Origin: Thecamonas trahens ATCC 50062
Lineage: Eukaryota; Protista; Apusomonadida
NCBI RefSeq assembly: GCF_000142905.1
Contig: NW_013657666.1
Span: 444,631-508,630 of the forward strand
Length of the DNA stretch: 64,000 nucleotides
Reading direction: 5' to 3'
The translations under genes were made by a program, and so were the position numbers. Under the pieces are notes generated by a model, which was given only the letters and a program-made list of their open reading frames with translations, was not told the origin of the DNA and ran no database searches. The first letter of the stretch is position 1; every line of letters begins with the position of its first letter. Below are positions 18,736 through 30,180 of this stretch, piece by piece.

Positions 18736-21700
18736 TCATCGCCGACGCTTGCGCCCTCCTCTGGCCTCGGGGACCATGCCCCGATAGCGGGCGGCGAGCT
18801 GGGCGAGCTCGTTGGCGCCGTCGACGGCCGAGTGAGTTGAGAGATGGAACGGATCGAGATGCGACGGGCGAGCCGAAGCCTGGTAGAAAAGCACATAGCC
18901 TTGCGAGGCTGCGACGTACTCGGGCGAGCGCTGGGTCACCTTGTCGTCGTCAAACTCGAACCACGACCGAGTCGAGTACCGCGCCAGGACCGAGTAGTGA
19001 CCCATCGACACGGCACGACCGTGATGCACAATCGCTGCTACCAGCGAGTAATGCTGCGGCGCCTGGCTCGCCGAGTACCGCCCCAGATTGAGCGGCCGTG
19101 TGACCGGGAACTCGACATGCGCCCGAATCTTGGCCTGCCGCGAGTTGGCAAACCGGATGCGGTTGACCTGGAGGACAACAACCGGCGGAAGCTCGAGCGA
19201 GCACGACCGCGTCGCCACCGTGTACCGCATGCATGTCGAGCAAAAGTACTTCGAGTCGTTGTCCAAGACCTCGGTCCGCGTAGCATGGTCGAGGCAAGTC
19301 TTGAGCGCCACCGAGCCGCCCGACGCCCCGATCTCCTCCGGCACCTGCACCCGCAGCGTGAGGAACGGCTCGCGCCGATGCGTCTGCGACTCGCACGACG
19401 AGCATGTCGTCGTATACTCCTGGAATCCCTGAAAGACTGCAGTGATCGGGTTGACGTCCCACTCAAAGTGCGCCGTCGGCAGCCCACCCCGCCCCGCCAT
19501 CGGCGGCTCTGTCAGCAGCTGCGGAAGGTAGCTGCGAAGGAATTGCGACATCTCTTCCTGCAGCGTCTCCAGAAGAAAAAGCACAAACTCTTGCGCATCC
19601 TGCTGCTCGTAGCCGGGGAACAGCTCGGTTCCCATCGACCAGATGTTCTGCACAAACTCGTCCGGCTGAATGACGGCAGCTTCCGACGCGTCCGACCACA
19701 GAACCTGGAGCACGTGCTCCACAAGCTGTGTGTACACAAGCATGCCCTCGCCTACAGCCTCGGTAAACTTCGGCGTAAGGCTCGCCGCCGACCCGCGGTA
19801 GACGCAACAGAGCGGAGCGACGTCGACCGGCTCTCCGTCCGGATCCGCAAGCCACTCGGACGCCAGCGGCGTCACACGCATCGAGTTGCGGTACGACGAC
19901 CCGCGCATGCCGCCTCGGAGCCCGCGCGAGCCTGCCCCACGCTTTGATGCCCGGCTGCGAGTCGTCCGCGACGAGCCCGAGCCCGAGCCCGAGCCACCGC
20001 CCGAGCCTGACCGCGAGCTGCCGCGCTTCCGCTTCAGCGGGCTCTTGCTGGCTGCACTACTACGCGCCGCAGCCGCAGCCGCCACCGCAGCCGCCATCGC
20101 CGACGCCTTGGCCGCCTTGGCAGCCTTGCGCTCAGCACGCTTAGCCGCAGCAGCAGCAGCCTGCTCTGGCGTCTTGGGCTTGTTCTTGCTGCCCTTGGGC
20201 CGTCCGCGCTTGCGCTTGACTGGCACCGCCTCGCCGTCTGTCGGGGGTGCGGTCGCGGCTGCCGGTGCCGGCGTCTTGGGCTTGTTCTTGCTGCCCTTGG
20301 GCCGTCCGCGCTTGCGCTTGACTGGCACTCCCTCGCCGTCTGGACGAGGTGCGGTCGCTGCTGCCGGTGCCGGCGTCTTGGGCTTGTTCTTGCTGCCCTT
20401 GGGCCGTCCGCGCTTGCGCTTGACCGGTGGCGGCGGCGGTGGCGGCGGCGCCTCGACAACCCTGCGGCTGGCACGCCGCCGCTGGACCTCCGCGGCAATG
20501 ACAGTGGCACGCAGAAGGCAGTCAGCATCGCCGCAGAGCGAGGGTCGCTCCCACAGATCGTTGGTGGAAGAGCTCGAGCATTCTGCGTCGGAGCTCGCAC
20601 CAGCTCCCCCGTTGTCGCTTGCAGTCGCAGAGTCGGAGCAGGCCGAACCAGACGACGAGGTGCATGCGTCTGACGAGCGCGGGCGGCGGAAGAGGATCCG
20701 GCCCGAGACAAAGGCGCGGCTAGGAGAGGTCGCACGCCTCTGGCCCTTCCCTCGGCGCTCAATGGCTGCCGCAAACGAGCCCGGACCCGGGTTGTTCTTG
20801 GCGATGTGGGCCGCCATGACCGGCGGGATCTTCGACACCACGCTCCGCCGGCGCCTCCCGCGCCGCGGCGGAGCTGCAGGAGCACGCGCCGGCTCAGTGC
20901 CGGTTCCGAGGGCGTGGTAGGTGAACGGCTTGGCCGGCATGGCGCCGTCGTGAACAATCCGATGCTTAATCACCGCGAGATGCTCCAGCATGTACAGCGC
21001 AAACTGCGGAATGTGGCCGAGCGCCTGGAGGCAGACGTTCATAAAGCAAGTGTTGCCCAGATTGCCGAGTCCGCGCAGGCCAGGCTGGCCCTGCGGCACA
21101 ACCTTGTCCGAGAGGCCCAGCACAAACGGGGCCCGGACCATCGGCCGCCGCACCGCAAACGCTTCTAGATCGCCGGGACTGAGCGACGAGCCGACCGAGT
21201 CGTCAGACGATCCCGGTGCCTCGTCGCCCACTAGCCCCAGCTTGCGCGCGGTGCCCGGTGGATACATCATGACCGTGCCGAGCGGAAGGACGTCTGCGCA
21301 CGACGCCGCAGCCGCCACCGACCCGGATGCTTTGCGGCGGCGGACAACCCGCACAGGCAGCACCCCACGCGTGCTTCCACGCGGCAGCGCCCGCGGCGCA
21401 ACTTCCGGCGACGACGGGCGCGACTCGCCATCGCTCGTGGCAGCCGACTCGCCATCGCCCGGCTCGCTGCTCGTCGTCGCCTCGCTCGTCAGCCCGTTGG
21501 CGGACGGACAGACGTCAGCCGGCACAAATCTACGTCGCATCCGCGCCGCCAACCGCGCCGCCACTCCCGAGTCCACCTCATCCTCTGCCCGCGCCGGCGT
21601 CAGCCGCGGCAGCGGAACAGGCTCGCCGTCGTCTCCAATCGTAGCCAACTGAGTCAACCGGGCCACGGCGAACTTCCCGCGGTCGCGCCCGTCGCAGAAC

Positions 21701-21813
21701 ATGACACCCACCCTGTCCTCCGCCAGTCCCTCTACATACATATCCCGCGCAGTGCCCACAAGCTCCTCCGGGTCGTACACCTGCCCCTCGTTCCCATGAG
21801 TCGCTGTTCCCAC
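18736..21813 (-). CDS. Ubiquitin-specific protease (USP3/44/49-like) with three AT-hook repeats inserted in the catalytic domain; start uncertain
   Basis: GLGNLGNTCFMN, YEQQDAQEF, CSSCE, KYFCSTC, HHGRAVSMGHY and WFEFDD. PVKRKRGRPKGSKNKPKTP occurs three times between the Cys box and the QQDA box. Confidence 0.85.
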   Translation of the reverse strand: MGTATHGNEGQVYDPEELVGTARDMYVEGLAEDRVGVMFCDGRDRGKFAVARLTQLATIGDDGEPVPLPRLTPARAEDEVDSGVAARLAARMRRRFVPADVCPSANGLTSEATTSSEPGDGESAATSDGESRPSSPEVAPRALPRGSTRGVLPVRVVRRRKASGSVAAAASCADVLPLGTVMMYPPGTARKLGLVGDEAPGSSDDSVGSSLSPGDLEAFAVRRPMVRAPFVLGLSDKVVPQGQPGLRGLGNLGNTCFMNVCLQALGHIPQFALYMLEHLAVIKHRIVHDGAMPAKPFTYHALGTGTEPARAPAAPPRRGRRRRSVVSKIPPVMAAHIAKNNPGPGSFAAAIERRGKGQRRATSPSRAFVSGRILFRRPRSSDACTSSSGSACSDSATASDNGGAGASSDAECSSSSTNDLWERPSLCGDADCLLRATVIAAEVQRRRASRRVVEAPPPPPPPPVKRKRGRPKGSKNKPKTPAPAAATAPRPDGEGVPVKRKRGRPKGSKNKPKTPAPAAATAPPTDGEAVPVKRKRGRPKGSKNKPKTPEQAAAAAAKRAERKAAKAAKASAMAAAVAAAAAARSSAASKSPLKRKRGSSRSGSGGGSGSGSGSSRTTRSRASKRGAGSRGLRGGMRGSSYRNSMRVTPLASEWLADPDGEPVDVAPLCCVYRGSAASLTPKFTEAVGEGMLVYTQLVEHVLQVLWSDASEAAVIQPDEFVQNIWSMGTELFPGYEQQDAQEFVLFLLETLQEEMSQFLRSYLPQLLTEPPMAGRGGLPTAHFEWDVNPITAVFQGFQEYTTTCSSCESQTHRREPFLTLRVQVPEEIGASGGSVALKTCLDHATRTEVLDNDSKYFCSTCMRYTVATRSCSLELPPVVVLQVNRIRFANSRQAKIRAHVEFPVTRPLNLGRYSASQAPQHYSLVAAIVHHGRAVSMGHYSVLARYSTRSWFEFDDDKVTQRSPEYVAASQGYVLFYQASARPSHLDPFHLSTHSAVDGANELAQLAARYRGMVPEARGGRKRRR

Positions 21814-22945
21814 AGCCTCCCTCCCCCCCAGGCCCCACTCTTTGCCCCGCCACCGCCCCCCCCCCGTCTCCTCTCCCTCTCCCTCTCCCGGTCGCTACCG
21901 AGTGCCAGCGAGCGATCCCTTTGAGCCCTCACCGCTACCCCCCTTCCCGTGACGCTGCACATACAATGACAACCCGGTATCTGCGCCCATTCTTGCGAGT
22001 CCAGTGGTAGTGGGTTGGCGCGTCCATGCGCTCACCCAGGGACGCCATTCGCACCCACAGAGAGGAGTTGAGGAGCGAGGAGGAGGAGCGGGGCGAGGCG
22101 AGTCAAGGGAGCCAACAGCAACTCAGCTCAGCTGCCACAGTTGGGCGAGCGCCCGTCAGCCCCATACCCAAGCATAGCAGGCGATTTAGACCCATCCGCG
22201 TGGAAAACATAAGCAATGGCAAGTACAACAGTATGCCACGCAATTCTGGGTACATGTGCGTCATGCTGCGTGCATGATGGCCATGTATGACCACACGGAG
22301 CTCGGCCCCGTGTCACCTGCCCGGACTGGGACCCTCGACCCACTTTGACTGCTGCTATGGCCGGGATAGGCCGCCCGCACCGCTTGGGACGGTTCCCATC
22401 CATGATGGTGGAGGCAAAGGGGCGGAGGAGGGGGGGATGGGCAACGCCTACGTGGGCTATCGGTCGGTTGGCTCGTCGCCCGAGTCCCCTCTTAGTCGCG
22501 CCAGCCAGCGCGGCGATATGCGGCGGCGAGACACGACGCCAGGGCTGATCTAAGACCTCCCTTTTCAACTCTCTCCCTCAGATACATGTGATCGTCACAT
22601 GGTCGACCTCGGGAACAATCCAACAACCCGCCTCCACAAGCTGAGCCTCTCTTCGCAACCTGTCCTCAGCCTGTCCACAGCGTTGGCCGATGTGCTTGCC
22701 CTGCGCTTGTCCCCCGTCATTCCCATCCGTCATCACCACGCAGAGATCCCACAACAACTGCATCACCCTCCTCCTTCCCCGCTCTCTTCTCATCGATGGA
22801 TCGCACGAGTGCGACCGTGTCTCGCTCTAGCATGCTCTGCCTGTGAAGCGGCATGAGGCCAAAGGCCGGGCAGCCATCCCTCGCTCGACCTCCGCTTGCT
22901 CAACCCCCCCCCTCCCCCACAGACACACACTCCCCTCTCCCTACG

Positions 22946-24010
22946 ATGGCCACCTCCCCCATGGAAGTCATCCGAGTGCGTGTTGGCGGAGTAGTTACCC
23001 AGGTACTGCAGCACCCGGAGGCGCGCGTCCTCCTTCCGCCCGACGCCGAAGCACCTGCTGAGCCTCCGTCGACGGTTCTCCTGCTCGTGCCGGGCAATCC
23101 GGGCATCGTCTCCTTCTACGAGCCGTTCCTCCTTGCGCTCTACGCGGCATGGGGAGGCAAGGTCGCGGTCGCTGCTGTCTCCCATGTCGGCCACATTGCT
23201 GGTCTTCCCAACGAGGTCGAGGTGCCCTCGCTCGATCTCCCGTTCGCTTCGCACATCGCCGGAGAGCCACAGCTGGCGCCCACTCGGCTGTCTTGGGATC
23301 TGGAGTCGCAGATCGCGCACAAGTCGGCTATCCTCCGTGCCATTGCCGAGTCACCAGCAACGGCAGCTGCGCCCAAGTTTGTGCTTGCCGGCCACTCGAT
23401 CGGTGCCCACATTGTGACGCAACTGATGCTGCAGAGCGCGTCAGCAGCTGGCGCGGCAAGCGGCGAGGCGGCTGCACCGGGCGTTGACATCATCCGCGGC
23501 ATCAACCTCTTCCCCACGCTGCACTCGATGAAGGAGCATGCCGGAGTACTCAACTACGTGACGCTGCCCGGGCTGCGACATGCTGCGGCCGCCGCTGTGG
23601 CGGTCATGGGCGCGCTTCCCGGCCGGCTTGTCAAGCCGGTGATGCGGATGGCATCGGATGCAGCGGCCGACGACCGCACGGCCGACATTGTGCTCTCCTC
23701 ATTCTCGTTCTCCACCGCGGCTGCCGTCCTCGGCATGGCTCGGACCGAGTTTGTCACTGTCAACGCCGTGCCGGACCTCTCGCCCATCATCGACGACTTG
23801 GTCTTCTACTACGGAGTGGACGATGGATGGGCGCCGATCAACCACGCGCACATGACCCGTGAAGCATACCCGGACCATCCACATGTGTACATCGACGCCA
23901 CTGGCGCGCCGCATGCCTTTGTTGTCGACTCGTCCGAGGACGTTGCGGCCGAGCTTGTCCGCCTGCTCAAGGGGGATCTCTTCCCAGCCGACCCGTCGCC
24001 AGCCTCGTAG
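22946..24010 (+). CDS. LDAH: Lipid droplet-associated hydrolase (LDAH, alpha/beta hydrolase)
   Basis: LLVPGNPGIVSFYEPFL, LESQIAHK, GHSIGA nucleophile elbow, LFPTL, FYYGVDDGWAP and PHAFV. Confidence 0.85.
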   Translation: MATSPMEVIRVRVGGVVTQVLQHPEARVLLPPDAEAPAEPPSTVLLLVPGNPGIVSFYEPFLLALYAAWGGKVAVAAVSHVGHIAGLPNEVEVPSLDLPFASHIAGEPQLAPTRLSWDLESQIAHKSAILRAIAESPATAAAPKFVLAGHSIGAHIVTQLMLQSASAAGAASGEAAAPGVDIIRGINLFPTLHSMKEHAGVLNYVTLPGLRHAAAAAVAVMGALPGRLVKPVMRMASDAAADDRTADIVLSSFSFSTAAAVLGMARTEFVTVNAVPDLSPIIDDLVFYYGVDDGWAPINHAHMTREAYPDHPHVYIDATGAPHAFVVDSSEDVAAELVRLLKGDLFPADPSPAS

Positions 24011-24034
24011 ACCGCGCTAAAGTGATGATACAGT

Positions 24035-25147
24035 TTACTCTACAGCCGGCGCCAGGTCCAGGCCGTAGACCTTGGCCTCGTCGTCGATCGATGCGAGAGA
24101 GCGCTCGAGGTAGGCGAGCCGGTACTTGGCCGCGACGACTTCGCATGCGGCGGCGTTGAACGCGGCGACCGCCTTGCCGGCTGCCTCCATCCCGCGCGCG
24201 TACTCGATCTCGCTTTGGCTCAACTGGTACGGAAAGCTCTGCTGGATGGTAGCACGTTGGCTTTTGGGCGTGCTGGGAACAGCCGCTGGTGATGGCGCCG
24301 GAGCTGCCATTCGTGGCGATGGCGCCGCAGGCGCCATCCGTGGCGACGGCGCCGCAGGCGCCATCCGTGGCGATGGCCGGTCCACGTGGCGACGGGTAGG
24401 GAGCCTCCCGCGGTGATGGGTACACACCCTCTCGCGGTGACGGCTGGGCGTCGGGAGCCTTAAACTCGACGTCGATGTGCGGGCGGCGGATGTCGCGTGA
24501 CGTACTTGCGGCCGCATCCGACGGCCGCGGGCCCAGCCGGCCATGAACCGACGACCTCCGTGCAGCTGGCACGCCACTCCCACCGCGGTACTCACCACGG
24601 TCTGTTCCACGGTCACGGTCGCGGTCTCTGTCCCGCCCACGGTCCCTGCTCCGCAGATCGTCCCCGCCGACGTACCCGCCACGATGATGGTCGCCCGGAT
24701 GGGAGCCGTGGCCCTGCCGCTCGGCCCGGTCGCGACCCTGCCAGAGCTGCTGCCCAGCGCGCGGATGGACTCGCGGCCGATCGTGCCCGTGGCCCTGCCG
24801 CTCGCGCCCGTAGCCCGGACCAGCAGCAGGCGGTGGCGGCATTGGGTAGCCCGGCTGCCCGTAGCCTGCGCTGTGTCCGGGTCCGCCTCCTCCGTGCATG
24901 CCTGAGTGGGCGTCGTAGGCGTGCCCAGGCCCGTGCCCATGCCTGTGCCCATGCCCGTGGCCGTAGCCCCCACCGCCCTGCGGCGGTCCGCCGCCCATGC
25001 CCGCCCCGCTGGTGCTATACTCGTCCCGTTCGCGCGACCGGTCGCGAGGCCGCCCGTATCCACCACCGCCCGAGCTGCGGCGGTCGTAGCCCCGCTGCTC
25101 CGCCCAGGATATCCCCCACCACCGCCTCGGTCGCTGTGGTACGACAT
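24035..25147 (-). CDS. Low-complexity Gly/Arg/His/Pro-rich protein with a C-terminal helical segment; two apparent frameshifts (about 25092 and 24380)
   Basis: It starts MSYHSDRGGGGGYPG. Natural-looking YDRRSS..RDRDRDR..PSPR sequence continues in a second frame, then PSPRMAP repeats and ..AKYRLAYLERSL return to the first frame. Confidence 0.5.
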   Translation of the reverse strand: MSYHSDRGGGGGYPGRSSGATTAAARAVVDTGGLATGRANGTSIAPAGRAWAADRRRAVGATATGMGTGMGTGLGTPTTPTQACTEEADPDTAQATGSRATQCRHRLLLVRATGASGRATGTIGRESIRALGSSSGRVATGPSGRATAPIRATIIVAGTSAGTICGAGTVGGTETATVTVEQTVVSTAVGVACQLHGGRRFMAGWARGRRMRPQVRHATSAARTSTSSLRLPTPSRHRERVCTHHRGRLPTRRHVDRPSPRMAPAAPSPRMAPAAPSPRMAAPAPSPAAVPSTPKSQRATIQQSFPYQLSQSEIEYARGMEAAGKAVAAFNAAACEVVAAKYRLAYLERSLASIDDEAKVYGLDLAPAVE

Positions 25148-25506
25148 GCCGGCGTCCAAGAGGAGTGGGTGGCCTAGCTCGGTCCCAGACCCCACCGCCA
25201 CCGCCCAGCGGGATCGCGCCCGATCGCCGCCCGATCGCCGCCAAAGTTGAAGCCCTTTTCCGACACGACCATCGTGGCGGCGGCGGCGGGAGAGCAAGAG
25301 CGGGTAGGATGGAAGAGGCAAGGGACGTCAAGATGAGACGTCGAGGTGCATGGCTGATCAGCAGGGTGTGGGGCCGGCACAGCCAAAGCACAGTAAGAGG
25401 GCGCAGGCGCAGACGGCGGGGCGCAGGTCGACGGGCGGCGATGGTGACTCGGGGCGGCGGTGGGGCGGGAGTCGGCAAGCACCTCACGCACATCTAGGAG
25501 GAGGGT

Positions 25507-26330
25507 ATGAGCGAGCTCAGCCACCTCTGCTTCCGTGACGAGGCATGGCTTCCTCTGCATGTCGACCGTGTACTGGACTACTTTTCCATCTCCCCCTTCT
25601 ACGACCAGCAGTCCAACAACGCGGTGGCTGCCCGGGCTGGCAAGCACTTGGACGAGATGAGGTAGGTGGCCGTGGGGAGGAGAACAGGAAGGGGGAGGGG
25701 GAGGGGGAGGGGGAGGGGGAGGGGGAGGGGGGGGGGGGGGGGGGGGACTCATAGGAAAGATGTGGGATTCGTGGGCGCTTGGGATGCAGTAACGTTGTGG
25801 GGAAAGAGTACCGCCTCGACACCAACAGCTCGCGCCCGCCGGCCTTGTACATCATCTGGGGGCTCAATCGCACATCGCCGACGGACCTAAAGCCGGCAGA
25901 CGTGTTCTTTGTCCTCGAGGGCACCATCTACATGGCTCCGCTCCTTGCATCGCTCCTCGCCTCGCGGGTAGCCAAGATCGCCCACTACGTCAACCAGGCC
26001 GTCGACGTCCTGCACTCGCAAGCGTCGTTCGACCTCGCCCAAGGCTATACCTGGGACTTTGACGCTCCTACCGACGCAGTCGAAGCTGCCGACGCTGATG
26101 TCGCCGCCTCGCCTGCTGCTGTCTCTGCCGTCGCCAGCCCTGCCGGCGAGGCCACCCCAAACCCTCCTGCCGAGACGGCCGTCCTTCCGGTCGTCACCGC
26201 CTATCTCCCACCGTCCTTCCTCGACAGTCTCGCTCCGCCGGCGTCGACCAAGCGCGAGCTTCCGCCAGATGCTGCGGTGGCGTCCGGCGCGCCGCCGGCC
26301 AAGCGGGCCAAGACAACAGGGAGCACCTGA
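25507..26330 (+). CDS. MED6: Mediator subunit 6; intron 25662-25789
   Basis: Exon 1 MSELSHLCFRDEAWL..VLDYFSISPFYDQQSNN is missing from the ORF track. GTAGGT donor and tgcag acceptor join in frame. Exon 2 reads GKEYRL..LYII..FFVLEGTIYMAP..GYTWDF. Confidence 0.9.
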
Positions 26331-26363
26331 AACAATAGATGCACACGCACCTCTCTGACACAC

Positions 26364-27746
26364 ATGCTTGCGGCACTCGGGCCGCTCTGTGGCGCGCTCG
26401 TGGCGCCATCAGCTCTCCGCGCCGGGCTCTCCAACGCCGTTGCCTGCCGGAAGTCGAGCGAGACTGTCCACGACGTGATTGTGATCGGCGGCGGGGTGAT
26501 GGGCGCGGCCACAGCGGCGGCAGCAGCCAAGGCAGGGGCGAAGACTCTCCTTGTGGAGCAGTACGGGCGGTGCCACCCGTACGGATCGTCAGCAGGCGAT
26601 GGGCGTATTGCCCGCATTGCCTACGACTGCCCATTGTATGTGGGCCTCGCCCACGCCGCCCACCGCATGTGGGACGAGCTCTCCGCGAGGGCGCCGGAAC
26701 TGGCGGCTGGCGCGCCGCACCGGGTCGACACGCCGTCCGGCTCGGGCACACCTGGAGAGCCTGTCCTCGCTGCCTGGGTTCCACGCCTTGGCCAGCCCGT
26801 TCGCCGCGTTTGCGGCTCGCTCGACTTTGGCCCCAGCGACTCAGAGTCGCTGGCGAGCCTCATGGCCACCTACGACGCACTCGGCGAAGTCTACGAGCTG
26901 CTCTCCCCGGACGATGTCGCCGCTCGGTTTCCGCAGTTCAAGCTGCGGCCCGGCGACTGCGCGGTGTACCAAGCAGCAGGATCAGTGGTGTACGCTTCGC
27001 TTGCAGTGGCCACGCTCTACGCAGCAGCCGAGGCCGACGGCGCGGCCGTGTGCGAGCACACCCGAGTCGGCAAGATCGAACTCGGCGAGCAAGGCGCGGT
27101 CCATCAGGTAGTAGCCGACGACGGCCGTGCGTGGAGGGCACGCAAGATCGTGGTGACTGGCGGCGGGTGGACCAACACGGTGCTGAAGGCGTCAGGGCTG
27201 CGCAAGCTCCCGCTGGCTATGTCCAACGAGCAGACGACGTACTTTGCGCCGCGGCCCGGATCGGGCATCGACCACAGCGCCGCAGCGATGCCGACGTTCA
27301 TCGGGCACTACTTTGACGACACGCCCCGCGGGTTCTACGGCATTCCGGCGGTCCGCGGCGGGGTGTCGGGCGTCAAGGTGGCGGTAATGAACGAGGGCGA
27401 GGCGCTGAGCGAGCGGCCGGATCCAGCCACGCGCGACTTTGGCATCAACAGGCGGATGCTGGGCTTGGCGCGGGAGTTTGCGGACGAGCTCTTCCCGGGC
27501 CTCAACGCCTCGGTTGTCACCGCCATCCGGTGCATCTACTCCAACTCGCCAGACTTTGACTTTATCCTCGGTGAGCACGTCGAGCACTCGGACGTGGTGG
27601 TCGGGGCCGGGTTTTCGGGCCACGGCTTCAAGTTTGGGCCAGCGATCGGGCAGGTCCTTGCCGACTACGCGCTCGGGACGGACGAGGTTCTCGACCGGGA
27701 GGTGCACAGCGGCAAGTTCTCTGCGGCACGGTTTTCTCCGACTTAA
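26364..27746 (+). CDS. FAD-dependent monomeric sarcosine/pipecolate oxidase family protein
   Basis: [11 protein letters not shown] Rossmann motif, [30 protein letters not shown] and [14 protein letters not shown]. Confidence 0.88.
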   Translation: MLAALGPLCGALVAPSALRAGLSNAVACRKSSETVHDVIVIGGGVMGAATAAAAAKAGAKTLLVEQYGRCHPYGSSAGDGRIARIAYDCPLYVGLAHAAHRMWDELSARAPELAAGAPHRVDTPSGSGTPGEPVLAAWVPRLGQPVRRVCGSLDFGPSDSESLASLMATYDALGEVYELLSPDDVAARFPQFKLRPGDCAVYQAAGSVVYASLAVATLYAAAEADGAAVCEHTRVGKIELGEQGAVHQVVADDGRAWRARKIVVTGGGWTNTVLKASGLRKLPLAMSNEQTTYFAPRPGSGIDHSAAAMPTFIGHYFDDTPRGFYGIPAVRGGVSGVKVAVMNEGEALSERPDPATRDFGINRRMLGLAREFADELFPGLNASVVTAIRCIYSNSPDFDFILGEHVEHSDVVVGAGFSGHGFKFGPAIGQVLADYALGTDEVLDREVHSGKFSAARFSPT

Positions 27747-29329
27747 AAGCGGAAGCCGCCCATGCCGCCGCCCATGCCGCCGCCGAACATGTTGAACAGG
27801 TCCTCGGCAGCCATGCCGTGCATGCCGCCGCCGCCGCCAAAGCCGCCCATGCCGCCGAACGGGTTGTGGCCGGCCTGGCCCGAGTCAATGTCTGAGACCT
27901 CGTGGCCCTCATCATACTGGGCGCGCTTGCGGTCGTCGGAGAGGATGCCGTAGGCCAACTGGATGTCCTTGAACTTTTCGGCGGCGGCGGCCTGGTCGGC
28001 CTCGTCGGCGGTGGCGTGCTTGTCCGGGTGCCAGGTGCGGGCAAGCTTGCGATACGCCTTCTTGATCTCCGAGTCGGTGGCGCGCTTGGTGACGCCGAGG
28101 ATCTTGTACAGGTCCTTGCGCAGCGACTTTTTGAGCTCGTGCTTGGCGGAGCGGAGCTCCGACTTGAAGCTCCGGCTCTCGGGCTCGAGCTGCACAGCGC
28201 GCTCGTAGTCGTAGACGGCCTCCTGGTACATTTCCTTCTCGAGGCGAACCGAGCCGCGGCGGGCGTAAGCCTTGGCGTAGCCCGAGTCGGCGGCAATGGC
28301 AGCGTTGCAGTCGGCCTCGGCCGAGTCATAGTCGCCGAGATGGATGGCGGCGGCAGCACGGTTGTTGTACAGCTTGGCGTTAAAGGCGTCGTGCTTGGGA
28401 TCGATGGCGAGGGCGGCGGTGTAGGCCTCAATGGCGTCGGCAAAATTGCGGGCCTTAAAGGCCTCGTTGCCACGGGCCTTAGCCTTGGTCAGCTTGCGGA
28501 CTTGCTTGAGCATGGCCATGGACTTTTTGTGGTCCGGGTCGTACTGGACGGCCATGCGGAAGTGGTTGATGGCGAGGTCAAAGTTCTCCAGGTAGTAGTG
28601 CGCCACGCCGCGGACGTAGAGCGCGTCAACGTTGCGGTCACCCGACTCACGGAGGACGCGCGAGGCCATCGATGATGCCTCGGCATGCTGTCCCAGCGCC
28701 AGGTACGTCTCGGCAATGCCCATGAGCACCTTCTTGGAGAGCGGGGCGACCCGCTGGGCCGACTTAAAGGCCGAAAAGGCGGGGCGGGCCTGGCCGGCGG
28801 CAAGCAGCTCGTAGCCTTGGGCCATGTCGCGCTCGACAACAGTGATGAGGCCGAGCTCCGAGCTCGCGGTCGTGTTGCCAGCATCGGCAGAAATGACAAC
28901 GTTGAGCTGGGCACGGGCCTTGGAGAACTCGCCCATCATGCGGTAGCAGGTGCCGGCGCGGAGATGGGCCTTGAGATAGTCGGGCTTGAGCTCGATGGCC
29001 TTGAGCGAGTCCTCCAGCGCTTCGTGGTACTTTTCCAACTTGATGTACGCCATGGAGCGGTTGGCATGGAAGGCCGGCTCGGACGGAGCATGAGCAATGG
29101 CCTCCGTGTAGGCCTCCACCGCGCCGCGGTAGTTGCCAGCCTTGTACTCTGTGTTCCCGCGAGCCTTTGCCTCATTGCCAGCCTCCATGTCTTCCTCCAC
29201 AATGTGCTCAACTCCACTTGCCCCGGCCTCGCCACCCTCGGTCCCCTCCACCTCGACACGCTCGTCGGCCACCACCTCGTCCATCCCACCTGGGGTCACA
29301 GTTTCCTTCTGGTCCTCTCCAGCAGACAT
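27743..29329 (-). CDS. DNAJC7: TPR and J-domain co-chaperone DNAJC7 (Tpr2)
   Basis: Multiple TPRs ([27 protein letters not shown]), [19 protein letters not shown] and a Gly/Phe-rich tail. Confidence 0.93.
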   Translation of the reverse strand: MSAGEDQKETVTPGGMDEVVADERVEVEGTEGGEAGASGVEHIVEEDMEAGNEAKARGNTEYKAGNYRGAVEAYTEAIAHAPSEPAFHANRSMAYIKLEKYHEALEDSLKAIELKPDYLKAHLRAGTCYRMMGEFSKARAQLNVVISADAGNTTASSELGLITVVERDMAQGYELLAAGQARPAFSAFKSAQRVAPLSKKVLMGIAETYLALGQHAEASSMASRVLRESGDRNVDALYVRGVAHYYLENFDLAINHFRMAVQYDPDHKKSMAMLKQVRKLTKAKARGNEAFKARNFADAIEAYTAALAIDPKHDAFNAKLYNNRAAAAIHLGDYDSAEADCNAAIAADSGYAKAYARRGSVRLEKEMYQEAVYDYERAVQLEPESRSFKSELRSAKHELKKSLRKDLYKILGVTKRATDSEIKKAYRKLARTWHPDKHATADEADQAAAAEKFKDIQLAYGILSDDRKRAQYDEGHEVSDIDSGQAGHNPFGGMGGFGGGGGMHGMAAEDLFNMFGGGMGGGMGGFRF

Positions 29330-30180
29330 ATGCTCCCCTGTTCACCCCACAAGTCACATACCATGAGTGTAGTGGGGATGTAGCACAAGGAGGGGGGGGA
29401 GGGAGGGGGGGGGGGGGGGGCTATATGCAGGGGGACGGGGAGGTGGACGGGGAGAGGGCGGGTCCTGGGGGGCCACCACTTTGTTGGCATAACCTTGGGA
29501 ACATGGTATACCATGCGGAGGAGGTGTGTGTGAGGGGGGAGGGGGGACAAGGGGAAGAGTCAGGCAGGGCAGAGGTAGTGAAGATGGTTTTCTCTTGCGT
29601 ACGTATGCAAAAATGAGTGCCGTGTATGGGTATACGTATGTGGTGGGGGGTGGGGGGAGGGTGGAAGGTGAGGGGGAGGGTGGGGAGGTGGGGAGATGCT
29701 GTGAAAAGGTCGTGGTTTTTGTTGTGACGGGGGGGGGGGGGGTAAATAGGGGAAGGGTAAGTGTGATCGGCTGATCGGTTGATCGTCGTGACGTATTTCC
29801 TAGCAGGTAGTGCACGGCCAGAGTCTCGGCGGCGTCGCATCATAGTTGCGAGTGCGACCAACACGACGCAGACTCCCCCTTCCCCCCCTCTCCCTCCTGC
29901 CACACACACACACTCTCTCTCTGTTTACAGCCCACATTTCAACCGCAATCGGTTTGAGTCTCGCACTCACTCCTACCTTGTTTCCAACCCCATTACCCTA
30001 CTATATTCGATCATCAAAACCCCCACCCCGATATGCCCTTGCCAGGTTGAGCTCGTACACGAGCGAGCCTCTCCCTCCGCTGACCGTCTCCTCCGCCCCC
30101 AACCGGTCAGGTCACCCACGGACGACCCCCACCCACCCACCCCGACCACCTCACTTTGTGCCACAGTGGGGGGCAAGTCC

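Noticed and set aside
22026-22856. Small ORFs or an ncRNA in the region between the USP and LDAH genes
   Set aside because: I found no recognisable protein motif, RNA box or consistent splice model.
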